Made by a program: the position numbers and the translations under genes
Shown here: positions 11,367 to 23,434 of the stretch, piece after piece
Position numbering within the stretch: the stretch's first letter is position 1
How the letters are laid out: every line of letters begins with the position of its first letter
Assembly: GCA_964016885.1 (NCBI GenBank)
Contig: OZ024754.1
Span: 39,680,001-39,744,000, forward strand
Length of the DNA stretch: 64,000 bases
Reading direction: 5' to 3'
From: Eledone cirrhosa
Taxonomy: Eukaryota
The notes under the pieces: generated by a model
Told to the model about the DNA's origin: nothing
Seen by the model: only the letters and a program-made list of their open reading frames with translations
The model's database searches: none

Positions 11367-12215
11367 TTAAAATGAACAGCTTGCTGTTTGCAATATCATA
11401 AAACCAATGGCTGTTTCAAGTGTTTTGATACAAAAAAGTTCAATAGTTTTATATCTATTCACAGAAACACCCATGTTAGCTGCATCTAGTTGTAATCAAG
11501 ATTTGAACTGACAATAACTCTGACCAAATCCCATCATATACACTCACATTTAAAAAGGAATTATGCTACACCATTTACGTAAGTTGTTATCACCTTTGCA
11601 TTTCAAATTGATAAGGATTAGAGATACTGCTGTTGCAGCTAACCTTGTGAGGAATTATATATATCCTAGAAATGTGTGTACGTGTAGTGTAACCTTGCAA
11701 GGATTTATAAATAACTTAAACACTGTCTATACATCAAGCCAGAAATTAGCCATTGTTTAAATGTTAGTGTGTAGTAGTAGGTTGTAGTATGGTCATAACT
11801 GACATTTGATTCATTCTTATACCTGGAAAATATTATCTTAGAAATGTCTATTGAGATAGATGAATTAGATTTTATTGTTGTTGTCTCAATTCTATATTTT
11901 CTAGAGTTGTTTTTGTTTTTGTTTTGTTTTATTTTGTATTTTTATTTTTACTACTTTAATAATTAATTATGCTTTCATCTACTTAATTATCTAATTATCA
12001 TGTGGGTGGCATCCAATACATATTTAATTCTCGAGTTGGCAGCCCAACACTTTAATCAATTAATGCTTCTCATATGCATCGTTATGCATATATCATTATC
12101 ACCATTGATACCACCCCCAACATCACTGCTGCCACCAGCACCACCAGCACCACCAGCACCCCACCACACCACCACCATTTATATAATATATATATATATT
12201 GAATATAATATACAC

Positions 12216-12248
<33 letters not shown>

Positions 12249-13363
12249 TCACCGTTTTACGTCCATTCTTCCATGCTAGCATGGGTTAGACGGGTTGTCC
12301 TGTTGTGGGCAATGCCAGATCGGGTGACCTTGTCTTGCTCATATGGAACTGATTTTGGCTTGATTTCTACAGCTGGAGGCCCTTCCTCATTTACAGTGAG
12401 TACTGGGTGCTTTTTAACCGCGGTGCCTACACGACCACTTTTGCAGTGTGGACTGGGTGCTTTTTTGTCATGACACCTCCACGACCACTTTGCAGTGGGA
12501 GGAGGTGGGGACATATTGTCTATATGCTTCATCTTCGGCTTATACCCGTGGGAAGTCTGGTCTTCTGTTTATACTGCGTGATGGGAGAGTGACATTCAGT
12601 TATTGTAGGTTTGCCCGAGTGAACACCTACACGACCATTTCGCAGTGTCGACTGGGTGCTTTTTGTTGTGACACCTACACGACCACTATATAATATAGGT
12701 TGGGCTCTTCTGTTGTGGCGGCTCCAAGGGGGAGCGGGGCTCATTTTATGGAGGGGGTTGGGAACTTGGGAGGGGTGGGGAAGATGCTTGGGGAAATTGG
12801 GCATGTAGATAAAGGGGCGGGACGATTGCGAGGGAGTTTTATGGGGAGGGGAGATGATAGGGAAAGGGGTTGCCTACCAGATTTATGCCCCAGCTCGAGA
12901 ATATAAGAGGGCGGATCTTCTCTAATACTTCATAGCCAGAGGTCACGGTCATGTGTCATATATATATATAGAAAGACTATTACAAAGTTAGCTAAGGGCA
13001 AACACCCAGCAAAGCAACCTAAAATAAATCTGCTCTACTGTTAATCTTGGCAATATACACACACACACATATATATATAGACATACATATATATGTCTAT
13101 ATATATATATATTTATTAAAATAACAGATTAAAGTTTAAGCAAAGAATCGCTGCTTTCACCCTTAACGGGATCTTCTGAAACTTATCCTTATCGGGCCCT
13201 CTTTGGATTTTAGTCTTCAAATTTATTATTATTAATATATATACACACACATATATATATATATATACATACATATACATATATATATATCATCATCATC
13301 CTCTATATATATACACATATATATATATATATATATAAATATGTATATATACACACACACGCA

Positions 13364-13397
<34 letters not shown>

Positions 13398-13472
13398 TGT
13401 CCCACCCTTGCAAGCAGGGAAAAAGCGGACGTAAAATGAAATGATGATGATGATGATGATATATATATATAT

Positions 13473-13670
13473 ATAGGAACGAGTAGGACCCCGACGGCTG
13501 AGCTCAAGCCGTTTCGACGGCTAATTCTGGACCAAGAACTAGCCGTCGAAACGGCTTGAGCTCAGCCGTCGGGGTCCTACTCGTTCCTATTACCCACTCT
13601 ACTACCCTAAGTATTGAGTACTTTGGTGCGTTATGGTCCTCCTGGTTCCTTACCACATTTCCTCCGTTAT
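13473..13670 (+). mobile_element. Fold-back element family A (~55-bp hairpin arms plus ~80-bp tail) in (TA)n, Penelope-like derivative inferred
   Basis: Inverted repeat 13473-13590 (ataggaacgagtaggaccccgacggctgagctcaagccgtttcgacggcta and its complement), then tail tacccactctactaccctaag...ccgttat. A tail-only copy lies at 14132-14224 and a diverged copy at ~47895-48058. Confidence 0.75.
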
Positions 13671-14233
13671 ATATATATATATATATACATACATACACGC
13701 ACACATACACACATGCACATTTATACACACACACACACACACACACAGAGCCAACTTTCTCAAGTAAATATCACAAGTCATGGCCGTAGAAAAGCCTGTC
13801 TATCTTATATTTTCTAAAACTTACAGAATACCTCAACAGCAATTGCTGATCACCCCCCCCCCCCCCTCCACCTTCCCCTGATTCCCTCCAATCAATAACC
13901 TGCCAGTTACCTGTAATCACATGATCATGCCCTTGAACATAGTAAGCAATTAATTTTACAGTTGAGTGGATTAGCCATGATGCATATACTTAATTAAAGT
14001 TTATTCAACAGAACATGAGTCTGGACTTTAATCAAGAGGCAAAATTCTGTTGATGTGAATTATTTCCTTAATAAGATAGTCCCACCCTTATGTGTGTGTG
14101 TGTGTGTGGTTGTGTGTGGTTGTGTGTGTGTATAACGAAGAAAGTGTGGTAAGGAACCAGGTGGAACATAATGCTACTACCCTAAGTACTCGATACTTAG
14201 GGTAGTAGAGTGGGTAATAGGAAATATATCCAT

Positions 14234-14311
<78 letters not shown>

Positions 14312-14355
14312 AAGTTAAATAAAAGTCAAATGATTAAAATTTAGCTTCGTTTATT

Positions 14356-14410
14356 ACTGCTATATATATTTCAGTGACAGCCATCTTTGGCTGTGACCTC
14401 TTCAGGCAGT
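14356..14410 (-). ncRNA. Type I hammerhead ribozyme (minimal palindromic stem III, Penelope-like)
   Basis: On -: ACUGC-CUGAAGA-GGUC ACAGCCA aaga UGGCUGU CACU-GAAA-UAUAUA-UA-GCAGU. Stem I is 5 bp perfect, stem II is about 10 bp, and the core is intact. Confidence 0.8.
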
Positions 14411-14707
14411 TTGAATTAGTATGGTATAGACAAGTACATATGTTATTTAGGTGTATGATATTGTCAATACTCTGATATGCCCAGTTCCTTGTTGGGTTGT
14501 TAATTCACTCTGCGCACTTCGTCGAGTGCTCCAGCCTGCATACTGAGGTGTTGGTATACAACCAACATAAACTCAAAATATATATATATATATATATATA
14601 TCATCATCATCATCATCATCAGGTTTAGCGTCCATGTTCCACGCTTGCATGGGTTTGGACGGGGGTTTTCCCACTTGAGGCAAGAGTGGTTGTCTTGCTC
14701 GCATAGG

Positions 14708-15232
14708 ACTGTCTGGCGGGTTTTCTACAGCTGGATGCCCTTCCTAACACCAACCACGTTTACAGTGTGGGGCTGGGAGGCTTTTACCGTGTTGCCTACA
14801 CGGCCACATTACAGCGTGGACTGTCTGGCGGGTTTTTTACAGCTGGATGCCCTTCCTAACACCAACCACATTTACAGTGTGGGGCTGGGAGGTTTTTACC
14901 GTGTTGCCTACACGGCCACATTACAGCGTGGACTGTCTGGCGGGTTTTCTACAGCTGGATGCCCTTCCTAACACCAACCACATTTACAGTGTGGGGCTGG
15001 GAGGCTTTTACCGTGTTGCCCACACGGCCACATTACAGCGTGGACTGTCTGGCGGGTTTTCTACAGCTGGATGCCCTTCCTAACACCGACCACATTTACA
15101 GTGTGGGGCTGGGAGGTTTTTACCGTGTTGCCTACACGGCCACATTACAGCGTGGACTGTCTGGCGGGTTTTTTACAGCTGGATGCCCTTCCTAACACCA
15201 ACCACATTTACAGTGTGGGGCTGGGAGGTTTT
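14708..15232. repeat. 112-bp tandem repeat derived from an internal SINE segment (~4.7 units)
   Basis: Period 112 (ORFs recur at 14847, 14959, 15071). Contains ctacagctggatgcccttcctaacaccaacc. The unamplified form is at 4660-4845. Confidence 0.92.
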
Positions 15233-15336
15233 TTATATATATATATATATTTATTTGCTCTACGGTTCTTATATATTTGATATATATTTTCCTTATCGAG
15301 CCCTCTTTGGATTTTAGTCTTCAATTTTATTATTAT

Positions 15337-15388
<52 letters not shown>

Positions 15389-15599
15389 TTTTGTTAACCT
15401 GTTTAGCTTGCTTCGTTTTTTGGCTCCGGTGGCTGATGGCTTCACAACCACTGTTTTCATTTTATCTGCCTTTATAACATATGTTAATTGCCCTGAGCTT
15501 CTTTTAGCCCATTGAGCACTTGCCGCATATCTCGAAGATTGCGTTTCGTTTTGATTTTGGCCACCGCCGAAATACGATCTCGCTAAAATGATATTTATA

Positions 15600-15728
15600 T
15601 ACAGACTCCGAAGTAGGCAACACCAGGCAATGTCTCACATCCGCTCTCCATGAATTTCTGCCCATAGTATCGACATCAGCCGAGTTCCATTTATACAAAT
15701 CACTTCACGCACTCCAACCACGTCTTCC
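15600..15728 (-). mobile_element. RTE-like LINE C-terminal remnant
   Basis: KTWLECVK then, after a frameshift, DLYKWNSADVDTMGRNSWRADVR; resembles the RTE end KTW..CV..DL.......DR..WR. Confidence 0.5.
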
Positions 15729-16293
15729 ATATATAGATATGTCACACAAAATTCTATGTGTACTTGTAGCTTAATTGCTATAACTCACTGTTTGACTCTC
15801 GTCTCTTCTTACCCCACCAGACAACGTTTGGCTTATGTCAGATGCTGTGACCTCAGATGAACCAGCAGTACCATTGGTAGGGGCTGAAACTGCCAAAGTC
15901 TATCTTAACGACTGATGACCCTGGAATTCTGTGTCCTTCGTTAGTATTTTTATTTCTAAAAAATAATTTTTTGAGGTTTTCCCTTAAAAAATTGTTTTTC
16001 ATTTTGTTTTATCCTCTATTTGTTAATTTTCTTGGGTTTATCAACCCACGAAAAGTAACCCCCCCCCCCCCCCCCGTTCAACCATGTTGCTTTTACAACA
16101 TACAAAACTCCAGTCACATGCTATTCCATGGTACTATTCGGACACTAGTCCTTCATCAGAAGATAGAGTTAGAAATAGAAGATAAAATAGAGAGTAAAGA
16201 GTGGTGAGAGGAAGGAAAGAGGAAAATGAGAAAAAAAATTGGGTAGAAAAAACACATGTGCGCATTCAGTCGGCCATCGTTATATATATATAT

Positions 16294-16496
16294 ATAGGAA
16301 CGAGTAGGACCCCGACGGCTGAGCTCAAGCCGTTTCGACGGCTAATTCTGGACGCGAGTCCAGAATTAGCTGTCGAAACGGCTTGAGCTCAGCCGTTGGG
16401 GTCCTACTCGTTCCTATTACCCACTCTACTACCCTAAGTATTGAGTACTTTGGTGCGTTATGGTCCACCTGGTTCCTTACCACATTTCCTTCGTTA
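16294..16496 (+). mobile_element. Fold-back element family A
   Basis: Near-identical to 13473-13670 with a different hairpin loop; flanked by (TA)n. Confidence 0.75.
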
Positions 16497-16527
<31 letters not shown>

Positions 16528-16769
16528 TTTTGAAGAAACAGTGGGCTGTGTGGTTGGTGGATAAAGTGTATTTAGAAATAAGAAGAAGGCACAAACAGGG
16601 GATATTTCCCATCATCAATTGTCTGCTGGAGATCACGGACATTTCTACGCATTAAAGACAATATGTCTAGCTCCAGTGTATCAATAACTAAAGGAAGTTT
16701 TTGAAGAAAAAAAATATAACAGAAGGGAAAAAGAAAAGAAAAAAAGGAAAAAACATACCGAAGAGAGAA

Positions 16770-16815
<46 letters not shown>

Positions 16816-16897
16816 CAGAAGTTTATTTGTCACCCGATATACTGAAAATCTAAATAAATGATAGCTAAAAATACCACTTAGAGAATTATATACATAT

Positions 16898-17027
16898 ATA
16901 GAATAACTGTTTAGCTAAGGGAGATTCCTAGTAGATAAGCCTGCTCTACCATTAATGGTAGAGCAGGCTTATTTTAGATAACTCTGTTAGGAATCTCCGT
17001 TGGCTAACTTTGTGAAAGTCATTCTAT
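16898..17027. repeat. Fold-back element family D with perfect 38-bp palindrome
   Basis: ataagcctgctctaccatt|aatggtagagcaggcttat (16935-16972) inside imperfect outer arms. A single-arm relative lies at ~12968-13050. Confidence 0.65.
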
Positions 17028-17390
17028 ATATCTTAACTATAATAAAGAAAGGAGTGCGAGACTGCGCCCAGATTATATTTTTTAGCCCCGTTTGTAAAAT
17101 AAGTTGGATTACTTATAAGTTGGATTAATTGTTTCTACTTTTGGCACAAGGCCAGCAAATATCCAGTACATTACTGGTACTTTATTTTATCGACCCCGTA
17201 AGGATGAAAGACAAAGTTAACCTTGGAGGGATTTGAACTCAGTCCGTAAAGGGACATAACTCTATGCTAGAAAGCATGGCGAATAATGAATGAATATTAC
17301 ATAATTTATGTGCTAAATTTCGTGGCTGTTGATTAAATTTATTTTATTACTTATTTAAAGATTCACTTCTTTAAAATTTTCAAATGTCAA

Positions 17391-17410
17391 CACTTCCGGT
17401 TAGCGGCTGT
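17391..17410. promoter_or_regulatory. ETS/GABP-like site, possible DHRS7 promoter element
   Basis: cacttccggt (ACCGGAAGTG on -) in a non-repetitive stretch with several CpGs, upstream of DHRS7. Confidence 0.25.
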
Positions 17411-17734
17411 TATATTATAACACTTATAAAAATATCGCATATATTTCCGTCACTAATGTTCTCCTAATGCAGTTTATATAAAATATCGTCTTTTTTTAAA
17501 TGTATCATGGATTACTTTACTGATTACAGAAGACAGTGTAACATAGACTTCGTTCAATTTCTGTGTATTTTGTCAATTACGATTTTATTTGATGTATCAT
17601 ATCTACGTGTATATATATTCGTGTATAATATCAATATATACACTACACATGCTAGCAGAAAACAACCCTAGGGTGGTTTTTCTGCTAGTATATATAATAT
17701 ATACACACATATATATATAGTAATAATAATATAT

Positions 17735-17960
17735 ATGAAGACCAAAATCCAAAGAGGGCTCGATAAGGATAAATATATATCAAATATATAAGAACCATAG
17801 AGCAAATATTTATTAAAATAACAGATTAAAGTTTAAGCAAAGAATCGCTGCTTTCACCCTTAACGGGATCTTCTGAAACAGAAGATTTTTTGAGAAGATG
17901 CCGTTAAGGGTGAAAGCAGCGATTCTTTGCTTAAACTTTAATCTGTTATTTTAATAAATA
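17735..17960 (-). mobile_element. Fold-back element family B with degenerate hammerhead core
   Basis: Arms of about 70 bp (17806-17960) plus tail. One arm reads CAGAAGA-UCCC guuaa GGGU-GAAA. A rearranged copy lies at 13111-13230 and a tail-only copy at 15250-15330. Confidence 0.65.
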
Positions 17961-18939
17961 TATATATATATATATATGTAAAAGGTAAACAGAAATAACA
18001 ACACAATTGGTACAGTATACGAAAGAATATATTAGGTTAATGCTTGAAATAGCAGGAAGAGGGTTTCAACGTTTTGGATGCCAGTCCTTCATCAGAAGAA
18101 AGAATGAGAAATAAGATAGATTGAAGGGACAAGTGGGGTGGAATTGGAAAAAATGTCATCAGATAAAAATAACAGGTCCATTCGGCATCCAGCCGTAGAA
18201 AAGCAGCCAGAAACTCTCCTATACGAGCGAGACATGGTCACCCAACCCAACTTGCCTTTAAATGGGACAAACCCATCTAACCCATGCTAGCGTGGAAGAT
18301 AGACGTTAATCGATGATGATGATGATTATATATATATATATATATGAAATGTATGTACATACAATAAAATGTATGTATGTAAATATGTCTATATGTCTGT
18401 ATGTATGCATATATGTGTCCATGGTGTGGTCATCGGTGACTAAAGCCTGCTTGGTGAGGAGGGTGATTTTGGACACCCTATGTGATGAGAAACAAAACTT
18501 GTCAAAGGGCAGAGGAACTCAGGAGAGTCAGCGGCCATCCAATAAAGTTTTCTTTTTGTGGAGTGAGAGACTCCTAGTCTTTATTAAGACATCTCTCTAG
18601 GAGAAGGTCACTCTGATATAAAACCTGTGATATAAACCAGTTCTTCTTTTTGGGTAAATGCATTCGATGTTCAGAGAGTGGGATTGGCCCCATGCAAAGC
18701 CTTTCTTCAATTAAAAAAAGCTTCAAGTACAGGCATCGCTTGATATGTGACATTATTTGTAATGTATGGTATTGCTGGTCATAGGCAAGTTCCTAGCAGG
18801 ACTAAAAACTACACCCATGATGCTCATGCTTAAGTATCAAGCAATGGCTTTACTTGAAATCGAGTTGTAGCCATCACCATCATCATGTATGTATGTATGT
18901 TCTTCTGGTTTTATAATTACACAAATTTTTGCCAATAGA

Positions 18940-19259
18940 GAGAGAGTCGGTTTCTAACATAGATACAAGACTCTCTTATTGGAATTTACACAACATCAAC
19001 TAGGTAGATATGTCTGCATGCATGCTTGTGCAGGTATGGATGTTATTGTATGTGTGGACGTATATGTTTTGAGTTGTATGTGTGTATGTGGATATGCTTT
19101 GTATCTGTACAAGTGTATATGGAGTTATTAGATGCAGAATTTTTGGAATGTTTTACATATTTTTACTGTTCCATTAATGGATTGTACTTGTAGTTTCCTA
19201 ACTAGTTGTGTTCTTTCTGTTTCTGTGAAGCCCAGCTTCTCAAGATTTGTATTGAGGCA
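18940..19259 (-). mobile_element. R4/Dong-type (REL endonuclease) LINE 3' end
   Basis: CLNTNLEKLGFTETERTQLVRKLQVQSINGTVKICKTFQKFCI* resembles the L..LG....LQ...L.GT..I C-terminus of R4/Dong ORFs, followed by a 3' UTR. Confidence 0.55.
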
Positions 19260-19379
19260 GTATGTATGTATGTATGTATGTATATATGTGCATATTTATA
19301 TTGGCTAATGCAAGTAAATATTAAGAGGACTATAAGAACAAATCAACAACAAAAAACAGCTACTAAGGGAATATGAAAT

Positions 19380-19690
19380 TAATGGAACTGTTTCTACTTT
19401 ACAGTTTGAGATAGAATCTGCCTGTCTGAGGCTAGACTTCAATCTCATATAAGAGCACAATAGGGAACTCCCTACTGACTATAGAATATACAAACCAGTT
19501 CACCCATATCAATGTCACATATGCTACATGATCTGCCAATCTCAAGGGGTTCTAAGGAGACATTTCAAAGCTCATAAAGATACAGAGGTAGTCCAAGCTG
19601 CACCCAAAACTAATATGCAATTTATGTGAATGACTTTTCAAAAAATTCGTCTGGTCTAAAAAGCTATAAGATCTCATGCCAGAACTGGAC
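19380..19690 (+). pseudogene. Three decayed C2H2 zinc-finger motifs (LINE C-terminus or ZNF relic)
   Basis: 19501-19575 reads HPYQCHICYMICQSQGVLRRHFKAH (intact C-x2-C-x12-H-x3-H). It is flanked by broken fingers (V*DRICLSEARLQSHIRA; CNLCE*LFKK). Confidence 0.55.
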
Positions 19691-20195
19691 TGTCAAACTT
19701 TCTATATATGTATGTAGCAAGGGATATAGTTTTCTTCATCATTTTACGTCCGCTTTTCCCTGCTTGTAAGGGTGGGACTTCACTGTTTATATATACTTTA
19801 CCACACCAACATCAGACCTGTCAACTCTCCCCCATCGGACGAGCAGATCTCTCACCCACTCTGGGGTGGGTGAGAGATGTCTTCTCTTGTGAAAATGGGT
19901 ATAACTTTCATTATGTAAAATCTCCCCATTTTAACTCATTTCTCCCCGTTTTTGAGCACTTTTTTCATGGTACTTCCTGTTTGGGATTTTAAAAGTTTTT
20001 ATAATTTTAAAAAAAAAATAAAACCCCCCAAAACTGCACAAGTTTACCTGTTATAGGGCTTAACGGTAATGTATAAAAACATATATGTAGTTGTCTACTC
20101 GTACATTTACTAACGTTTTATGGAGAAAATTAAATAGAAACATTTAGTTTGTAAATTTCTGAAAATGTTCAATAATTTATCAAACGTGAACTCAC

Positions 20196-20226
20196 CTCTT
20201 TATTCTGATCCACGTTCTATGGAGCC
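20196..20226 (-). other. Candidate 31-nt non-coding micro-exon (possible DHRS7 5' UTR exon)
   Basis: On -: ttcttttctttcgcag|GGCTCCATAGAACGTGGATCAGAATAAAGAG|gtgagt, near-consensus acceptor and donor in unique sequence. Confidence 0.4.
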
Positions 20227-21084
20227 CTGCGAAAGAAAAGAAGCTTGGCTGACTTGCCTACAATAGCTTTAATTGATCAATATTATTATGTTTTGACGTA
20301 GAGGCTCTATCATATATGTCAGCATCACATAAGTGGCACCTGCTGACACCCAAACTGATCAGCAATCAAAATGTTTATATCCAGATAATCCATAGCAGGT
20401 AGTACGGCCTGCAACCTTTGTAAAGGTCGTGTTTGCAGAGTCAACCACACTTGATTATAAAACCTTTGCCGTCATTAGTACAAACACGAAGTGTTAGGAA
20501 AAGCAAAAATATATATAAATCTTTGTTTAGTTAACATCTCCATTATTTTAAAGATTTATTTTGGTAACAATAAAGACGGAATCAAATATAAACTTTACTC
20601 TTTGATTTGAAAAAAAAAAAAAAAATCTCGCAATCGTCTGATAAGCGGATTAGATTTATTCAACGTTTGGGACTAACTTTTGACACACCCAGTGTAGCAT
20701 AAACAATTTTAAAGGATTAATCCCTATATTTTAAGCTTATTTTAAGTTCACAATATTTATGAAAGACCAATGTAAACATGATATGATGATGAAAAATATC
20801 TGTGTTTAGATAATTTTATATCAAAACTGTAACGATTTACCTTTCACTACATTTCCTTTCATATACAGCCACGTAGCGCTTGAGTGATTGTTCTCGCTGA
20901 GCAATTTTTTTCGCAAGTGGTGTCTTTTCAACAATTTATTTTTATGATTCTTTAGTTTACCTGTACATTAAAAGTTAAACTTATTATTTTATTTTTATTT
21001 TTACCGCATGGCATTGAAAGACCTTTCTGGACCCAGTACATTCAACAGATATTTTAAGACAATCTCTTGTGATGCGTTGATAGC

Positions 21085-21450
21085 TGATGACATCTGGGAA
21101 ACCAAAACAAACTATGAAGTCGTAAGCTCCTTTTTCATGTTGGATTATCTTGGTAGCTGATGGCATCTGGGGAACCAAAACAAACTATGATGTCGTAAGC
21201 TCCTCTCTCATGTTGAATTATCTTGGTAGCATCTGGAGAACCAAAACAAACTATGATGTCGTAAGCTCCTCTCTCATGTTAGATTATCTTGGTAGCTGAT
21301 GGCATCTGGGGAACTTCTCTCACGCTGGATTATATTGGTAGCTAGTGATATATGGGGAACCTCTCTCATGTGAGATTATATTGGTAGCTGTTGACATCTG
21401 GGGAACTACAACAAACTGTGATGACACAAGCTCACCCCTTGTGCTAGATT
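21085..21450. repeat. Degenerate ~70-bp tandem repeat
   Basis: Recurrent catctgggaaaccaaaacaaactatgatgtcgtaagctcc...ttatcttggtagc. Confidence 0.85.
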
Positions 21451-21899
21451 ATCCTCCATTGATTCGTCTTTTTCACGTTACAACGTCAGTAATTCTACGT
21501 TTCATAACTAATGACACTTCTACAGAAACATGGCTTTAACGAAGGTAGAAGACAACTATGTATAGTATAGCTAATCAAATGTTTAGTGTAATTAAAAAGA
21601 AATGAGCCTGTGTTTATGCAAACACATTTGTTGATCACTGAAAACCAAGATTGAACAAAGGATCATTGCCCCACATCTAATTATCCTATATTGTTGCCAC
21701 ATGGTTGTACCATTTTTTTAAAACTTAGCCATCATACATAATTTATTTAATATACATAATCTCACAATATTCATAAAATGCCATTGACATTATATAAAAA
21801 TAATTGAGCAGAAGCTAATAAAAAAAAAACCCCACTACTAAAGGAAACGGAAAAGTAAGAAAGAAAAAAGTTAATGAAAAAAAGAAAAAGGAAGAAGGA

Positions 21900-22285
21900 T
21901 CAAGTAGCGAAAGAAAGGAAAGGGTGAGGGACAATCATTACACCCCAGTCTGAGCTATGTCTCAAACATACTCTGTGGACATAACCACAAAAGTCTTACT
22001 GCAGAGAATGGCTAGAGACACCCGCTGTAACAGCTACACACCTCATGGATCTTCTGCCTCAAGCTGGCCGCCATCAGTCTGACTTTATGGAGGAAATAAA
22101 CAGTGCGAGGACCAAAGACAACAGTGGTCTCAATGGAGACCAGTACAAAGAGGAAGTGGCTGGTCAGTATTTGACTATCTTCCTCTCCTCCACATTGTAA
22201 GCAGCGGAGCTCAAGTTTGTGGCCGAAATGACAAGGTTGGAGGCGGAGAATGAGTTGCTGCACATTGTGCCAACCCTTGCTAGCA
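21900..22285 (-). mobile_element. Degenerate L1/Tx1-like LINE C-terminal fragment
   Basis: RCLQCGGEEDS zinc-knuckle-like segment followed by YFLHKVRL, then a T-rich 3' region. Frameshifted. Confidence 0.35.
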
Positions 22286-23044
22286 GAGAAAATGGACATT
22301 AAATGATGATGATGATGATGATATATATATCCTTCTCTAACTACTCTTACATGAATCTGGTCTTTCCTTATCCAAACTGTCCTGAAGAAAGACTTCTGTC
22401 CAAAACGTCAAAACCTCCTCCACCTCCACCAAGTGTGAATATAATTGTGTTACAATTTTCTCCGGTGTTTTGTTTCATTTATTAACTATATATATATTAT
22501 AAAGTGAAATGACATATTACGTCATGGTTAACATTCCAGAAGACCAATTCTACCCAGTGATAAACCACCAAATTTAAACGTATATCTGTAGAAATCAGCT
22601 GTAGAAACCAGCTGTAGAAATCAAGCCAGATCAGTTCCTGTATGAGCAAGGCATGGTCAGCCGACCAGACACTGCCCACAACAGGACAACCCGTCTAACC
22701 CATGCTAGCGTGGAAGAACGGACGTAAAACGGTGATGATGATGATGATGATCTATCTATATATAGACAATATGCCCCCACACCCTCCCACTGCAAAGTGG
22801 TTGTGGAGGTGCAAAAAAGCACCCAGCCCACACTGTAAAGTGGACGTGTAGGCGCCACAGAAAAAAAGCACCCAGCACTCACTGTAAATGAGGTTGGTGT
22901 TTGGAAGGGCATCCAGCTGTAGAAATCAAGCCAGAATCAGTTCCTGTATGAGCAAGACAAGGTCAGCCGACCGGACACAACCTGTCTAACCCATGCTAGC
23001 GTGGAAGAATGGACGTAAAACGGTAATGATGATATATATATAAT

Positions 23045-23386
23045 GGAGGCACATGGCTTAGTGGTTAGAGCATTGGCCTTGCAATCAAAAGGTTGTGAGT
23101 TCAATTCTCAGACCGGGTGATGTGTTGTTTCCTTGAGCAAGACACTTTATTTCACATTGCTCCAGTTTACTCAGCTGTAGAAATGAGATGATAGGGACTG
23201 GGGTCCATATCATTCCACTGCAAAATGGTCATGGAGGTGCCATGGCAAAAAAGCACCCAGCACTCACCGTAAATGAGGTTGGTGTTAGGAAGGGCATCCA
23301 GCTGTAGAGCTCAAGCTAGAATCAGTTCCCGTCCCACCCTTGCAATCAGGGAAAAGGCAGACGTAAAATGAAATGATGATGATGAT
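23045..23386 (+). mobile_element. Full-length SINE family 1
   Basis: Highly similar to 6655-7007; preceded by two tail-variant SINE fragments at 22590-23032. Confidence 0.85.
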
Positions 23387-23434
23387 AATTATAGATAACG
23401 AGGAATCAGTAATACATCAAACCACAATTTATTA

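Noticed and set aside
15813-15920. Possible minus-strand exon (ccag...ggg|gtaag)
   Set aside because: Stops in all three frames, weak polypyrimidine tract and adjacent to a LINE remnant; not supportable.
16135-22420. Further hammerhead-like cores at ~16140(-), ~18075(-) and ~22381(+)
   Set aside because: CUGANGA and a short stem II are present, but GAAA is mutated (GAAU or AAAA) and stem I does not pair. Probably dead PLE remnants; not called as ribozymes.
23045-23120. tRNA genes (also at 6935-7007, 37186-37260 and 5810-5882)
   Set aside because: A/B boxes are present but run into SINE bodies, with no proper acceptor stem; these are SINE heads.
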